Below, piece after piece: positions 26,778 through 35,336 of a stretch of DNA of 64,000 nt. The stretch covers positions 1,736 to 65,735 of the forward strand of contig JBDLIA010000006.1 of assembly GCA_039715185.1 (NCBI GenBank), written 5' to 3'. Every line of letters starts with the position of its first letter. The stretch's first letter is position 1. Origin of the DNA: Gemmatimonadota bacterium (GTDB lineage: Bacteria; Gemmatimonadota; Gemmatimonadetes; Longimicrobiales; RSA9). Made by a program: the position numbers and the translations under genes. The notes under the pieces are model-generated. The model was not told where the DNA came from. It did no database searches and worked only from the letters and a program-made list of their open reading frames with translations.

Positions 26778-27746
26778 GTGGTCGACCTGGAGGACATCAG
26801 AGCCGCTCGCGAGGTGGTCTACGGAGCGCTCGGCCGCACGCCGCTTCTTCGCTCGACCACGCTGGGTGAGCGCGCCGGGGTAGATGCCTACCTGAAGGCG
26901 GAGAACCTGCAGCGCACCGGATCCTTCAAGACCCGCGGCGCCACGGTGCGCGTCTCCCACCTGAACGCCGCCGAGCGCGCGCGGGGCCTGGTCGCGGTTT
27001 CGGCGGGGAACCATGCGCAAGCCGTCGCCTACGCCGCCAGCGCCGCCGGCGTTCGAGCCACGGTCGTCATGCCCGAAACCGCGCCGCGCGCCAAGGTGGA
27101 AGCGAGCCGCGGCTACGGCGCGGAAGTGGTGCTCCACGGCACCGTTTACGACGCCTTCGACAAGGCCGACGAGCTGAGCCGTGAACGCGGCCTCGTCTAC
27201 GTCCACCCCTTCGACGATCCGCACATCATCGCCGGCCAGGGGTCGGTGGGGCTGGAGATTCTGGAGGACCTGCCGGACGTCGACGCCATCGTGGTGTGCG
27301 TCGGCGGCGGCGGCCTCATTGCGGGCATCGCGACCGCCGTGAAGTCTCTGCGCCCCGGAACGCGCGTGATCGGGGTCGAGCCCACGGGCGCCGCGTGCGT
27401 GGCCGCCGGCCTGCGCCAGGGCAGCGCCCACTTCCTCGATGCCGTCACCACCATAGCCGACGGGCTCGCCACGCCGACGAGCGGAGACCTCGTGCTCGAG
27501 CACCTGCGGGCGTACGTGGACGACATGGTGCTGGTCGACGACGAAGAAATCGTGGAAGGGATGCGCTTCCTGCTTCAGCGGGCGAAGCTGCTCGCGGAGC
27601 CCGCGGGCGCCGCCGCGGTCGCGGCGGTGCTCGCCGGCAAGGTCGACCTGCCCCCGGGTGGCAGGGTGGCGGTCACGGTGAGCGGCGGCAACATCGATCT
27701 GGGCAGGCTCAGCCAGTACCTCGAGCACGGGCCGCCGGACGCCTAG
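26778..27746 (+). CDS. Threonine/serine ammonia-lyase (PLP-dependent, no regulatory domain)
   Basis: YLKAENLQRTGSFKTRGA is the PLP-lysine motif. SAGNHAQAVAYAA and VGGGGLIAG are also present. Confidence 0.85.
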   Translation: MVDLEDIRAAREVVYGALGRTPLLRSTTLGERAGVDAYLKAENLQRTGSFKTRGATVRVSHLNAAERARGLVAVSAGNHAQAVAYAASAAGVRATVVMPETAPRAKVEASRGYGAEVVLHGTVYDAFDKADELSRERGLVYVHPFDDPHIIAGQGSVGLEILEDLPDVDAIVVCVGGGGLIAGIATAVKSLRPGTRVIGVEPTGAACVAAGLRQGSAHFLDAVTTIADGLATPTSGDLVLEHLRAYVDDMVLVDDEEIVEGMRFLLQRAKLLAEPAGAAAVAAVLAGKVDLPPGGRVAVTVSGGNIDLGRLSQYLEHGPPDA

Positions 27747-27762
27747 TGGACTCCCGGCTCGC

Positions 27763-29304
27763 TCAGGCCCCTTTGGCCCCCTCGCGCTCGTGCATCCCCT
27801 CGGCTATGCGCCGGGCGACCGCCATGATGGTGAGCGAGGGATCCTTCGATACGCTGCCCGGCACCGCCGCTCCGTCCGCCACATACAGGCCCCTCAGGCG
27901 ATGCGACTCGCCGTTGGGGTCCGCGAAGGAGTCCTGGGGGTCCGCGCCGATCGGCGCCGTTCCCAGAAAGTGGCTGCCAGCAGCGAACTGGGCGTTGGGC
28001 ATGACGGACCGGATGCCGATATTCCGCTCGACCTCGTCCTCTGCGCGCACCACGGTGCCCCACACATCTGGTATCCACACCTCACGCGCGCCGGCCGCCA
28101 AAAGGATGCGCGCGGCGTTCCTCATGTAGTCCACGGCCTTGTGGACGTCGACTCCGCGCACGCGGTGCCAGCTGCGCCGGTGGCCGTCGTCGTCCACCCA
28201 GATGCGGCCGGGGTTGGTCTCGTCGATGACCGACATCAACGAGCCGAGCTGGCGATACTTGCCGATCCGCTCGCGGTGCGCCGCGCCGATCTCGCTCAGC
28301 GTCGCCGCGGTCACCCCCGGCGACTGGTGGTTGCAGAGCATCGTATAGCCGCCGCCCTGATAGCCGCCCGTAGCGTCCGTATGCAGCTCCCGGAACTGGC
28401 TCACTTCGTACGCACAGGGGATACCGGTGACGTTGTCGATCTCGCGCCCGAAGTCGCCGTACACGAAATAGTGCGGGTTCATGTAGAGCCGCTTCCCCAC
28501 CGTGGGATCCTGCACGTTGCGAAGCAGGAATTCGGCTGACCCGATGGCCCCGCCCGCCACCACCACCAGGTCGGCGTCCACGCGGAAGGTTCCGCGCGGC
28601 TCGTCGGTGTCCCGACTCAGCAGCGCACCCTCCACGCCCCGCACCCGGCCGCCCTCGACGATCAGCCGATCCGCGCGCGCGTCGCTGTAGACGCGACCGC
28701 CCCGGATGGAGACCCGGGGGATCGTGGTGATGAGCTGCGAACTCTTGCGGTTGTAGGCGCAGCCGTACTGCGTCCACCCGCAGCCGATGCAGTCCACCCG
28801 CGCGGTGGGAACCGCGCCACCCTCTACGCCCAGTTCCTCGCAACCCTGGCGCACCAGACGGTTGTTCTCGTTGAACAGGCGCTCCTCGCAGATGTGTATG
28901 CCGAGGTCCTCCTCGATCGCGTCGAAATGGGGCGCCAGGTCCGCGACCGTCATCCAGTCGATGCCGAGCCCCCTCCACACGTCCAGGCGGTCCGCCGGCG
29001 CGCGGAACGAGTCGCCCCAGTAGTGCACCGTACAGCCGCCCACGCATTCGGCGTAGTTCAGGAAGTAGGCGTTGTCCACGGTGGAATCGAGCCCGCGGCG
29101 GCCGTTGAAATCGGCCATCGCCTCGTTCTCCCGCTGGCTGAAATCTTCGGCCCGGAAGAACCCTCCCTTCTCCAGCATGACCACGTCCCACCCGCGCTCC
29201 GACAGGAAGTCCGCGAGCGTGCCACCGCCGGCTCCGGTGCCGATCACGATCACATCGGCCCGGTCGCGGATCTCACCGGTACGGTGGGTGCCCTGGATGA
29301 TCAC
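27763..29304 (-). CDS. GMC-family FAD oxidoreductase
   Basis: GTG at 29304 (GTGA overlap with the upstream stop). DVIVIGTGAGGGTLADFLSERGWDVVMLEKG is the FAD motif. The C-terminal GTAPIG...HRLRGLYVADGAAVP is a GMC signature. The rest of listed ORF 27763..31149 is a high-GC artefact. Confidence 0.85.
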   Translation of the reverse strand: MIIQGTHRTGEIRDRADVIVIGTGAGGGTLADFLSERGWDVVMLEKGGFFRAEDFSQRENEAMADFNGRRGLDSTVDNAYFLNYAECVGGCTVHYWGDSFRAPADRLDVWRGLGIDWMTVADLAPHFDAIEEDLGIHICEERLFNENNRLVRQGCEELGVEGGAVPTARVDCIGCGWTQYGCAYNRKSSQLITTIPRVSIRGGRVYSDARADRLIVEGGRVRGVEGALLSRDTDEPRGTFRVDADLVVVAGGAIGSAEFLLRNVQDPTVGKRLYMNPHYFVYGDFGREIDNVTGIPCAYEVSQFRELHTDATGGYQGGGYTMLCNHQSPGVTAATLSEIGAAHRERIGKYRQLGSLMSVIDETNPGRIWVDDDGHRRSWHRVRGVDVHKAVDYMRNAARILLAAGAREVWIPDVWGTVVRAEDEVERNIGIRSVMPNAQFAAGSHFLGTAPIGADPQDSFADPNGESHRLRGLYVADGAAVPGSVSKDPSLTIMAVARRIAEGMHEREGAKGA

Positions 29305-29879
29305 GCGATCTCTCCGAAGTCCACCGGCGGTACCGGGAAGGAGAAGCGCTCGGGCCACGGACCCTCGAAGCCCGTGACGGCCCAGGTCTCCTCGCGCAGA
29401 TAGGTATTGAAGAAGAGGAAGCCGCGCGTGGCCTGGAACGCCGCCCGGCGCAGGTTGAGGCGGCTCCGCGCCCAATCGAGCAAGTAGGCGCGGCGATCCT
29501 CCAGGTTCAGCGACGTGAAACGACGCAGGTGGCCGCTCAGCGGCGTGAGGTGTTCCAGCAGAGTGAGGACCGTCCGCATGTCGGCCCGGATCGGGTCGCC
29601 GACCGCGGCCAGGTCCGCGTCGACCGCGCGCGCGACCAGCGCCGGCTCGACCGGGACGTCCACCAGGAGAGCCTCCGCCGCCGCCCGCGCCACGGCGTAC
29701 TGCTTGGCCGAGAGCGCCCGCAGCCGCGTCCCATCTTGCTGCGCCGCGGGGTACGCCTCCAGCGTGCCCGGGGGCAGCGCTCCGGCGAGCGCGATGGCGG
29801 CGCCACCGCCGGCGGTGGCGCGCAGGAAACCACGCCGGTTCATGCCCGTCTCGGCGCCCGGGTCGGGTGGCTGATTCAT
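29301..29879 (-). CDS. Tat-signal small subunit (gluconate 2-dehydrogenase subunit 3-like)
   Basis: MNRRGFLRATAGGGAAIALAG is a twin-arginine signal. Usual partner of membrane-associated GMC dehydrogenases. Confidence 0.7.
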   Translation of the reverse strand: MNQPPDPGAETGMNRRGFLRATAGGGAAIALAGALPPGTLEAYPAAQQDGTRLRALSAKQYAVARAAAEALLVDVPVEPALVARAVDADLAAVGDPIRADMRTVLTLLEHLTPLSGHLRRFTSLNLEDRRAYLLDWARSRLNLRRAAFQATRGFLFFNTYLREETWAVTGFEGPWPERFSFPVPPVDFGEIA

Positions 29880-30024
29880 GCGCGGATGATAGCGTCGGCG
29901 CATGGGTGGCGACACCCGTAACACGCTTGTACCGAACCAACTTCGGCGCTAGCTTTGCGCGATTCGTGTCTCCCCCGGCGACGCCCACGGACGGGCGAAA
30001 AGCGCCGCGACAACCGAGTGGACG

Positions 30025-31242
30025 GTGCGCTTGCAGGCGATTCGCTTCCACTACAATCCCCTGCGGTACATCGCTACGCGGATGGTGGCCAAGCGCCGAC
30101 CGTCCGCGGCCGTGGGGAGCCTGGGCTGTACCCGGCTGGATGACGTGGATCCCCCGGCGCTTCCGGGCCCGGGCTGGGTGCGCGTACGAACCGTCGTAAG
30201 CGGAATCTGCGGCAGCGACCTGTCGGCGGTCACCGCGCACGATTCGTTCACGCTGGAGCCCTTCGGCGCGTTCCCGTTCACCTTCGGGCACGAGAACGTC
30301 GGCACCGTCGCGGAGGTGGCGGGGGACGTGGGCGACTGGCGCGTCGGGGACCGCGTGGTCGTGAACCCGATGCTCGCGTGCGAGCAGCGCGGGCTCGACC
30401 CTTGCGCGGCCTGCCTGCGAGGCGAACGGGGGCTGTGCAGGCGCACGGTGGAAGGCGACCTGGGTGTGGGGCCCATGGCCGGCTACAATCCGGTCGTTGG
30501 AGGGGGCTGGGCGGGCTCGTTCGTGGCCCACCGATCGCAGCTCCATGAGGCCGGCGAGCTCGACGACCGCGTGGCGGTCTTGACCGATCCGTTCGCCTCG
30601 GCGCTGCGCCCGGTGTTGCTGCACCCGCCGCGTACGGACGACGTCGCGCTCGTGATCGGGGCCGGCACGATCGGCCTCCTGACGATCCGTGCGCTGCGGC
30701 TGGTCGGGTACGGGGGCACGATAGCCGCTACGGCTCGCTACGACGCGCAGCGGCGCATGGCTGAAGCCGCCGGCGCGGATGTGCTCCTGCGCGGCGGCGA
30801 CGACGCGCTGAAGTGGGCCGCGAGCCTCCCCGGCGCGAGGGTGTTCGAGCCGAGCATGGCGCCCGACTTCGTGGAGGGCGGACCGTCGCTCGTGTTCGAC
30901 ACGGTGGGCAGCCAGCGCACCGTCGGCGAGGCGCTGACGCTCACGCGCGAGGGCGGACGCCTGGTGCTGGTGGGTGGCGCCGCCAAGGTGACCGCGGATT
31001 GGACGCGGGTGTGGTACCGGCAACTGACGATCGCGGGGGTCATCGCTTACGGCGACGCGCCCTTCCGCGGTCAGAGGAGAGACATATACGACATCGCCCT
31101 CGAGCTGATGCGCGAGGGAGGATTGAACGACCTGGACCTGGTCACGCACGAATTCGGCCTGGAGGACTACCGTGACGCCCTCGACACCGCCCTCGACAAG
31201 CGCGGACGCGGCTCTATCAAAGTCGTCTTCCGCCCCAATTAG
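30025..31242 (+). CDS. Zinc-dependent alcohol/threonine dehydrogenase-like (MDR family)
   Basis: GICGSDL and FGHENVGTV are catalytic-Zn ligands. CEQRGLDPCAACLRGERGLC is the structural-Zn motif. VIGAGTIGLL is the Rossmann motif. Confidence 0.8.
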   Translation: MRLQAIRFHYNPLRYIATRMVAKRRPSAAVGSLGCTRLDDVDPPALPGPGWVRVRTVVSGICGSDLSAVTAHDSFTLEPFGAFPFTFGHENVGTVAEVAGDVGDWRVGDRVVVNPMLACEQRGLDPCAACLRGERGLCRRTVEGDLGVGPMAGYNPVVGGGWAGSFVAHRSQLHEAGELDDRVAVLTDPFASALRPVLLHPPRTDDVALVIGAGTIGLLTIRALRLVGYGGTIAATARYDAQRRMAEAAGADVLLRGGDDALKWAASLPGARVFEPSMAPDFVEGGPSLVFDTVGSQRTVGEALTLTREGGRLVLVGGAAKVTADWTRVWYRQLTIAGVIAYGDAPFRGQRRDIYDIALELMREGGLNDLDLVTHEFGLEDYRDALDTALDKRGRGSIKVVFRPN

Positions 31243-32545
31243 TGGAGCGCTCCACGACTATACGAGCGCTCCGTTTGGCGGGCTGTTTTCGCGCTTTACC
31301 GCCGACGACCTGATCCAGGAAGGCTCGCTGCTGGACTGCCCCGGCGCGCGCCGCTGGTTCGAGCGCTTCGAGGTCGGGCTGGTCGATGACATCTACACGT
31401 TCCAGTTGCCGCTGGATCGCATGGCGGGGCCCGACTCGGCCGCGCTCGGCGAGCCGATCGTGATGTTCTCCACGTACAGCTACCTGGGGCTCATCGGGCA
31501 CCCCAGGGTGCAGGTGGCCGTCAAGGAAGCGGTCGACCGGTACGGCACCTCCACCGGCGGAGTCCGGCTCCTGACGGGCACGCTGGCTCTCCACCTGGAG
31601 CTGGAGCGAGAACTCGCCGACTTCCTGGGCCAGGAGGCGGCGGCGGTCTACCCGTCGGGCTACGACGCCAACGTGGCCTCCATTACCTCTCTCTTCGCGT
31701 CGGAAGACATCGCGCTGCTCGACCAGTACGCGCACGCCAGCATCGTGGAGGGAGTGCGCACCGCCGGCGCGGAGTTGCGCCGCTTCCGCCACAACGACAT
31801 GGGGGACCTGGAGCGGCGACTCCGGCAGGCCCGCAACCGGGGCTACAAGCGCATTCTGATCGCGGTGGACGGGGTGTTCAGCATGGACGGCGACCAGGCA
31901 CCCATAGCGGAGCTCATCCGGCTGAAGCGGGAGTACGGCGCGTTCCTGCTGGTGGACGAGGCGCACAGCCTGGGCGCCGTGGGCGAGACCGGGCGGGGCG
32001 TGTGCGAGGCGCAGGGAGTGGACCCGCGCGGCGTGGACATCCACACCGGCTCGCTCTCCAAGGGCGTGCCGTCCTCGGGCGGTTTCGCGGCGGGGAGCGA
32101 GTTGCTCAAGATCTACCTACAGCACGGTTCCAACCCCTACATCTTCTCGGCCGCGCTCACGCCGGCCAATTCCGCGGCGTGCCTCGAGGCCATCCGCGTG
32201 CTGCTCGAAGAGCCCGAGCACATGGAGCGCCTGCGCGAGAACACCCGCCTCCTGGACGAGGGGCTCCAGCGTCTGGGCCTGAACCCGGGGACCGCCGAAT
32301 CGCCGGTCATCCCGATCATGCTGGGCCCGGATCGGCGCGCCTTCCTGTGGTCCAAGTGGCTGCTGGAAGACCACGGCGTGTTCACCTCCTCGGTGGTCTT
32401 CCCCGCCGTATCGCCGGGCCAGGCCCGTTTGCGAATATGCGCAACAGCGGCGCACCGGCCCGAGCACTTCGAGAGGCTGTTCGCGGGCCTGGAGGCCTGC
32501 CTGAAGCGGGAAGAGGCGGAAGCGGGCGAGGCCGAGGCCGGGTAG
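31172..32545 (+). CDS. Alpha-oxoamine synthase family PLP enzyme (2-amino-3-ketobutyrate CoA ligase / AONS-like)
   Basis: MFSTYSYLGL, SGYDANVA, DGVFSMDGD and DEAHSLG...TGSLSKG (PLP lysine) motifs. Start is uncertain: ATG at 31172 would overlap the upstream gene by 71 nt. Confidence 0.8.
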   Translation: MTPSTPPSTSADAALSKSSSAPISGALHDYTSAPFGGLFSRFTADDLIQEGSLLDCPGARRWFERFEVGLVDDIYTFQLPLDRMAGPDSAALGEPIVMFSTYSYLGLIGHPRVQVAVKEAVDRYGTSTGGVRLLTGTLALHLELERELADFLGQEAAAVYPSGYDANVASITSLFASEDIALLDQYAHASIVEGVRTAGAELRRFRHNDMGDLERRLRQARNRGYKRILIAVDGVFSMDGDQAPIAELIRLKREYGAFLLVDEAHSLGAVGETGRGVCEAQGVDPRGVDIHTGSLSKGVPSSGGFAAGSELLKIYLQHGSNPYIFSAALTPANSAACLEAIRVLLEEPEHMERLRENTRLLDEGLQRLGLNPGTAESPVIPIMLGPDRRAFLWSKWLLEDHGVFTSSVVFPAVSPGQARLRICATAAHRPEHFERLFAGLEACLKREEAEAGEAEAG

Positions 32546-32571
32546 GAACGAGCCGGACCCCAACCGATGCG

Positions 32572-32607
32572 AAAAACGCGGCGGACCCGAAGGTCTGCCG
32601 CGTTCTT
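32572..32607. terminator. Bidirectional rho-independent terminator
   Basis: AAAAA-CGCGGCGGACC-CGAA-GGTCTGCCGCG-TTCTT: an 11-13 bp stem with a tetraloop, an A-run on the left and a T-run on the right. Lies between convergent genes. Confidence 0.55.
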
Positions 32608-32634
32608 CCATAAGAGCTGCAGCGCGACGCCGAA

Positions 32635-34035
32635 CTAGCGGTTGCGGCCGGACCCCATGCTGAGGATCAACTCGATCGTCTGCTGGTCGAAGTAGCGCTG
32701 CCAGCCAGTCTCGGTGAACTCCTCCGGATGCGTGGCATAGACCTGGTGGAAGTTGCCCCAGCCGGTCTGGTCGTAGAAAACGAACACGTCGTTCCTGCTC
32801 CCGGCGTACCGCCACACTTCGTACATCCGCTCTCCGGTGCGCACCCGAAGGCCCTCTCCAACTGGGCCCGTCGTGGGCCGCGTAAACCGCTCGAAAGGCG
32901 CGCCCTGCATGACCCACACGCGACCACGAGCCGTCGCCCAGCCCTCGCCCGGATTGCCCGCGAAGTCGAACTCGCGGTTGGCGTACTCGACGCGGTCCAT
33001 GTACTCCTGGTACGCCTCGTTGGGGTCCCCCGCGATCGGGTCGCGCCGGCTCCAGAATTCCTCCATGAAGCGCCGCTTGCCCTCCGCGGAGAGACCCTTG
33101 AACATGCGCCGCTCCCTGGGCGTGGCGATGTAGTCGACCTTGAGGTAGAGCGAGTCGAGCTGGGCTTCGGAGTGGCTCGGGAACAAGTCGGTCCTCGCCG
33201 GCCCGACCGCCGCCACCCGCGGCGCGCTCAGCTCAAACCGCTGGTACGCGGTGACGGCGGTGTCCGGGAAGGCCACCCGCACGCCGACCCGATACGGACC
33301 CGGCGCGAGTCCCTCGACCGGCACCCGCACCAGCTCCAGGCCACCTCCGGGCGGGTAGCGCTTCTGCACGGGCGGCGCCTCCTGCTGGAGGTCGGGCGTC
33401 TCCTCCGCCGCGAGCAGGATCTGCACGTCGGCCACGTCCTCGCCCTCGGCCGTCTGGGGCGGGTAGACCTCCGTGTACACCTGCACCAACGCGCCGTCCG
33501 CCGGCAGCGTCCCGGTCAGGTTCGGCGCGATCGCGAGCCCGTGCCTCAGTAGCGACCCGGCGGGCGCCTCCCCGCCTTCCGGAACCCGATCGATCGAGTG
33601 GGCCAGCAAGAGGTCGCCGATCAGCGGCCGCTCCCCCGTCGCGTCTATCACCTCCTCGAGGCGCGTCGATTGGCCCGAGACCGAGTCTCGCACCTCGACC
33701 GCCAGGCGGTACTCTCCCGGCTTCAGATCGAAGCTCATGTTCTCGACCGCCTGAGAGCTGGAGGGGACCTCGCCCATGCCCACGCGGACGCGATTACCCC
33801 AGTCCTCCTGAACCAGGACGTTGCCACTGGCGTCCAGGATGGTCAGTCCGATCTCGTAACGGGCCACGCGGCTGCGTTCCTCCGCGTCTTCAGCGTACGT
33901 CAGTTCGGCGAGCGGCACGGAAACGAAACAAACCACGTTGGTGATGTCCGGCGCCCGCCAGTAGCGATAGACGTGGAGTTGAGCCGTGGTGTCGGCGGGC
34001 GGCGCCAGCAGCAGCGCCGACAGCAATGCAATCAT
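32635..34035 (-). CDS. GWxTD domain-containing secreted protein
   Basis: Signal peptide MIALLSALLLAPPADTTAQ. C-terminal GEGWATARGRVWVMQGAPFERF is the GWxTD motif. AGGAGG RBS upstream. Confidence 0.8.
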   Translation of the reverse strand: MIALLSALLLAPPADTTAQLHVYRYWRAPDITNVVCFVSVPLAELTYAEDAEERSRVARYEIGLTILDASGNVLVQEDWGNRVRVGMGEVPSSSQAVENMSFDLKPGEYRLAVEVRDSVSGQSTRLEEVIDATGERPLIGDLLLAHSIDRVPEGGEAPAGSLLRHGLAIAPNLTGTLPADGALVQVYTEVYPPQTAEGEDVADVQILLAAEETPDLQQEAPPVQKRYPPGGGLELVRVPVEGLAPGPYRVGVRVAFPDTAVTAYQRFELSAPRVAAVGPARTDLFPSHSEAQLDSLYLKVDYIATPRERRMFKGLSAEGKRRFMEEFWSRRDPIAGDPNEAYQEYMDRVEYANREFDFAGNPGEGWATARGRVWVMQGAPFERFTRPTTGPVGEGLRVRTGERMYEVWRYAGSRNDVFVFYDQTGWGNFHQVYATHPEEFTETGWQRYFDQQTIELILSMGSGRNR

Positions 34036-34178
34036 GAATCCTCCTGAAAGAAACGCTTTCCGCTCGGAGGTGGCGGCGGCGGAAGCGCGAGCGGCCCGCT
34101 CCCGGAGGAACGGGCCGCTGCTCTTACATCAGGACCGGCGCAGCTCCGCTGCAGCGATGATCCGCCGGCGACGTGTCC

Positions 34179-35318
34179 TCAGAAGTTGATAGACACGCTG
34201 AACATATTGGTTCCCTCGAGCAGCCCGAGGTGCCGGTAAGCGTAGTCCAGCGAAAAGCCGAACGACTCGGGATCGGACGGCCGCCAGGAGATTCCACCTC
34301 CCCCAGCGAGTCCGTCGGCGCCGTCGTCGTCGAGTGACAGCGAGGTGCCGACCGTGGTCTCGTCGAAGCTGCGATCGGGCTCGTACGTGTATCCGCCGCG
34401 CAGCGCCGCCGAGAAGCCCGGCACGCCTTCCGGCATGATCGTGTACTCGGCGCCGAACGCCGCCGACGTGTTGTTCTGCTGCGGCTGCCAGAACTCACCG
34501 GACAGCATCAGCCGGTTCGAGGCAGTCGACACGGCGTCGTATGCCAGGCCCACCTTGAACATGACAGGCAGGGGGAAAGGCTGCGTCCGCAACTCGGCGC
34601 GGTCCTGCCGGTTGGGCTCGTTCGGGTCCGGGTTCTGGACGGTGATTTCCAGGTCCGAGCCGGACTGTTCGATCTCCCCACCCAGATTCAGGATCGCGAA
34701 GCTGGCCCTCAGCATCCGGTCCGAAACCGTGGTGTGGAAGTTCGTGCCCAGATCCACCGCCAACGTGGAGCCATCGGTGTCCGCCAGGCTCTCCTGGACG
34801 AACTTCCCGGTGGCGCCGAACGAGAAGCGATCGGTCACGTTGAAGGCCGCCGTCAGCCCGCCCACGAACATGCTGTTCGAGAACGTGGAGCCGGTGCCTT
34901 CGGGCTGAGCGACGGTGGTCTCGAGGCCATCCTCGAAGCTGAAGCCGCCGACCTGGAAGCCGATGACCCAGTCTCCCCCGCTCAAGGGGAAGGTCACGCC
35001 GCCCCACGAATAGCTAGTGTCGAGCACGTAGTCGTAGAACGAGAAATGCGCGTTGACCTTGTCGGACGCGAACCCGGCGTTGGCCGGATTCCAGTACAGC
35101 GACGTCGCGTCATCCGCGAACGCCGAGGCCGCCTGACCCATGGCCGCGGCGCGAGCACCGACCGGCACGAGCAGGAACTCGCCCGCGCGCGTTCCGAACG
35201 CGATCTGGTCGATGCTCGCATTGGGATCGGCGCTGTCCTGGCCCACCACCTCCCCGCCCGTGAGGGCGAGGAGGGTGGCCACCGTAAACGCCGAAGTCAG
35301 AAACTTTCCTCTATGCAT
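34179..35318 (-). CDS. PorV/PorQ-family outer-membrane protein (T9SS-associated)
   Basis: Signal peptide, then GARAAAMGQAASAFADDATSLYWNPANAGF (PorV/PorQ N-terminal signature). C-terminal ...FSVSINF beta-barrel terminus. Confidence 0.75.
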   Translation of the reverse strand: MHRGKFLTSAFTVATLLALTGGEVVGQDSADPNASIDQIAFGTRAGEFLLVPVGARAAAMGQAASAFADDATSLYWNPANAGFASDKVNAHFSFYDYVLDTSYSWGGVTFPLSGGDWVIGFQVGGFSFEDGLETTVAQPEGTGSTFSNSMFVGGLTAAFNVTDRFSFGATGKFVQESLADTDGSTLAVDLGTNFHTTVSDRMLRASFAILNLGGEIEQSGSDLEITVQNPDPNEPNRQDRAELRTQPFPLPVMFKVGLAYDAVSTASNRLMLSGEFWQPQQNNTSAAFGAEYTIMPEGVPGFSAALRGGYTYEPDRSFDETTVGTSLSLDDDGADGLAGGGGISWRPSDPESFGFSLDYAYRHLGLLEGTNMFSVSINF

Positions 35319-35336
35319 TGTGTCGTCTCCCCGGCG

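Noticed and set aside
29305-31149. The N-terminal ~615 codons of the 1128-aa listed ORF 27763..31149 (minus strand)
   Set aside because: The translation is Arg/Pro/Gly/Ala-rich and low-complexity. It runs antisense to two well-supported genes (the Tat small subunit region and the Zn-dehydrogenase). The real GMC gene starts at GTG 29304 with a clean FAD motif. This is a typical high-GC shadow ORF.
34090-34119. Hairpin AGCGGCCCG-(12 nt)-CGGGCCGCT between the PorV stop and the GWxTD start, considered as a terminator
   Set aside because: No U-tract follows on the transcribed (minus) strand, and the loop is large. The two genes are probably co-transcribed, so I did not call it.
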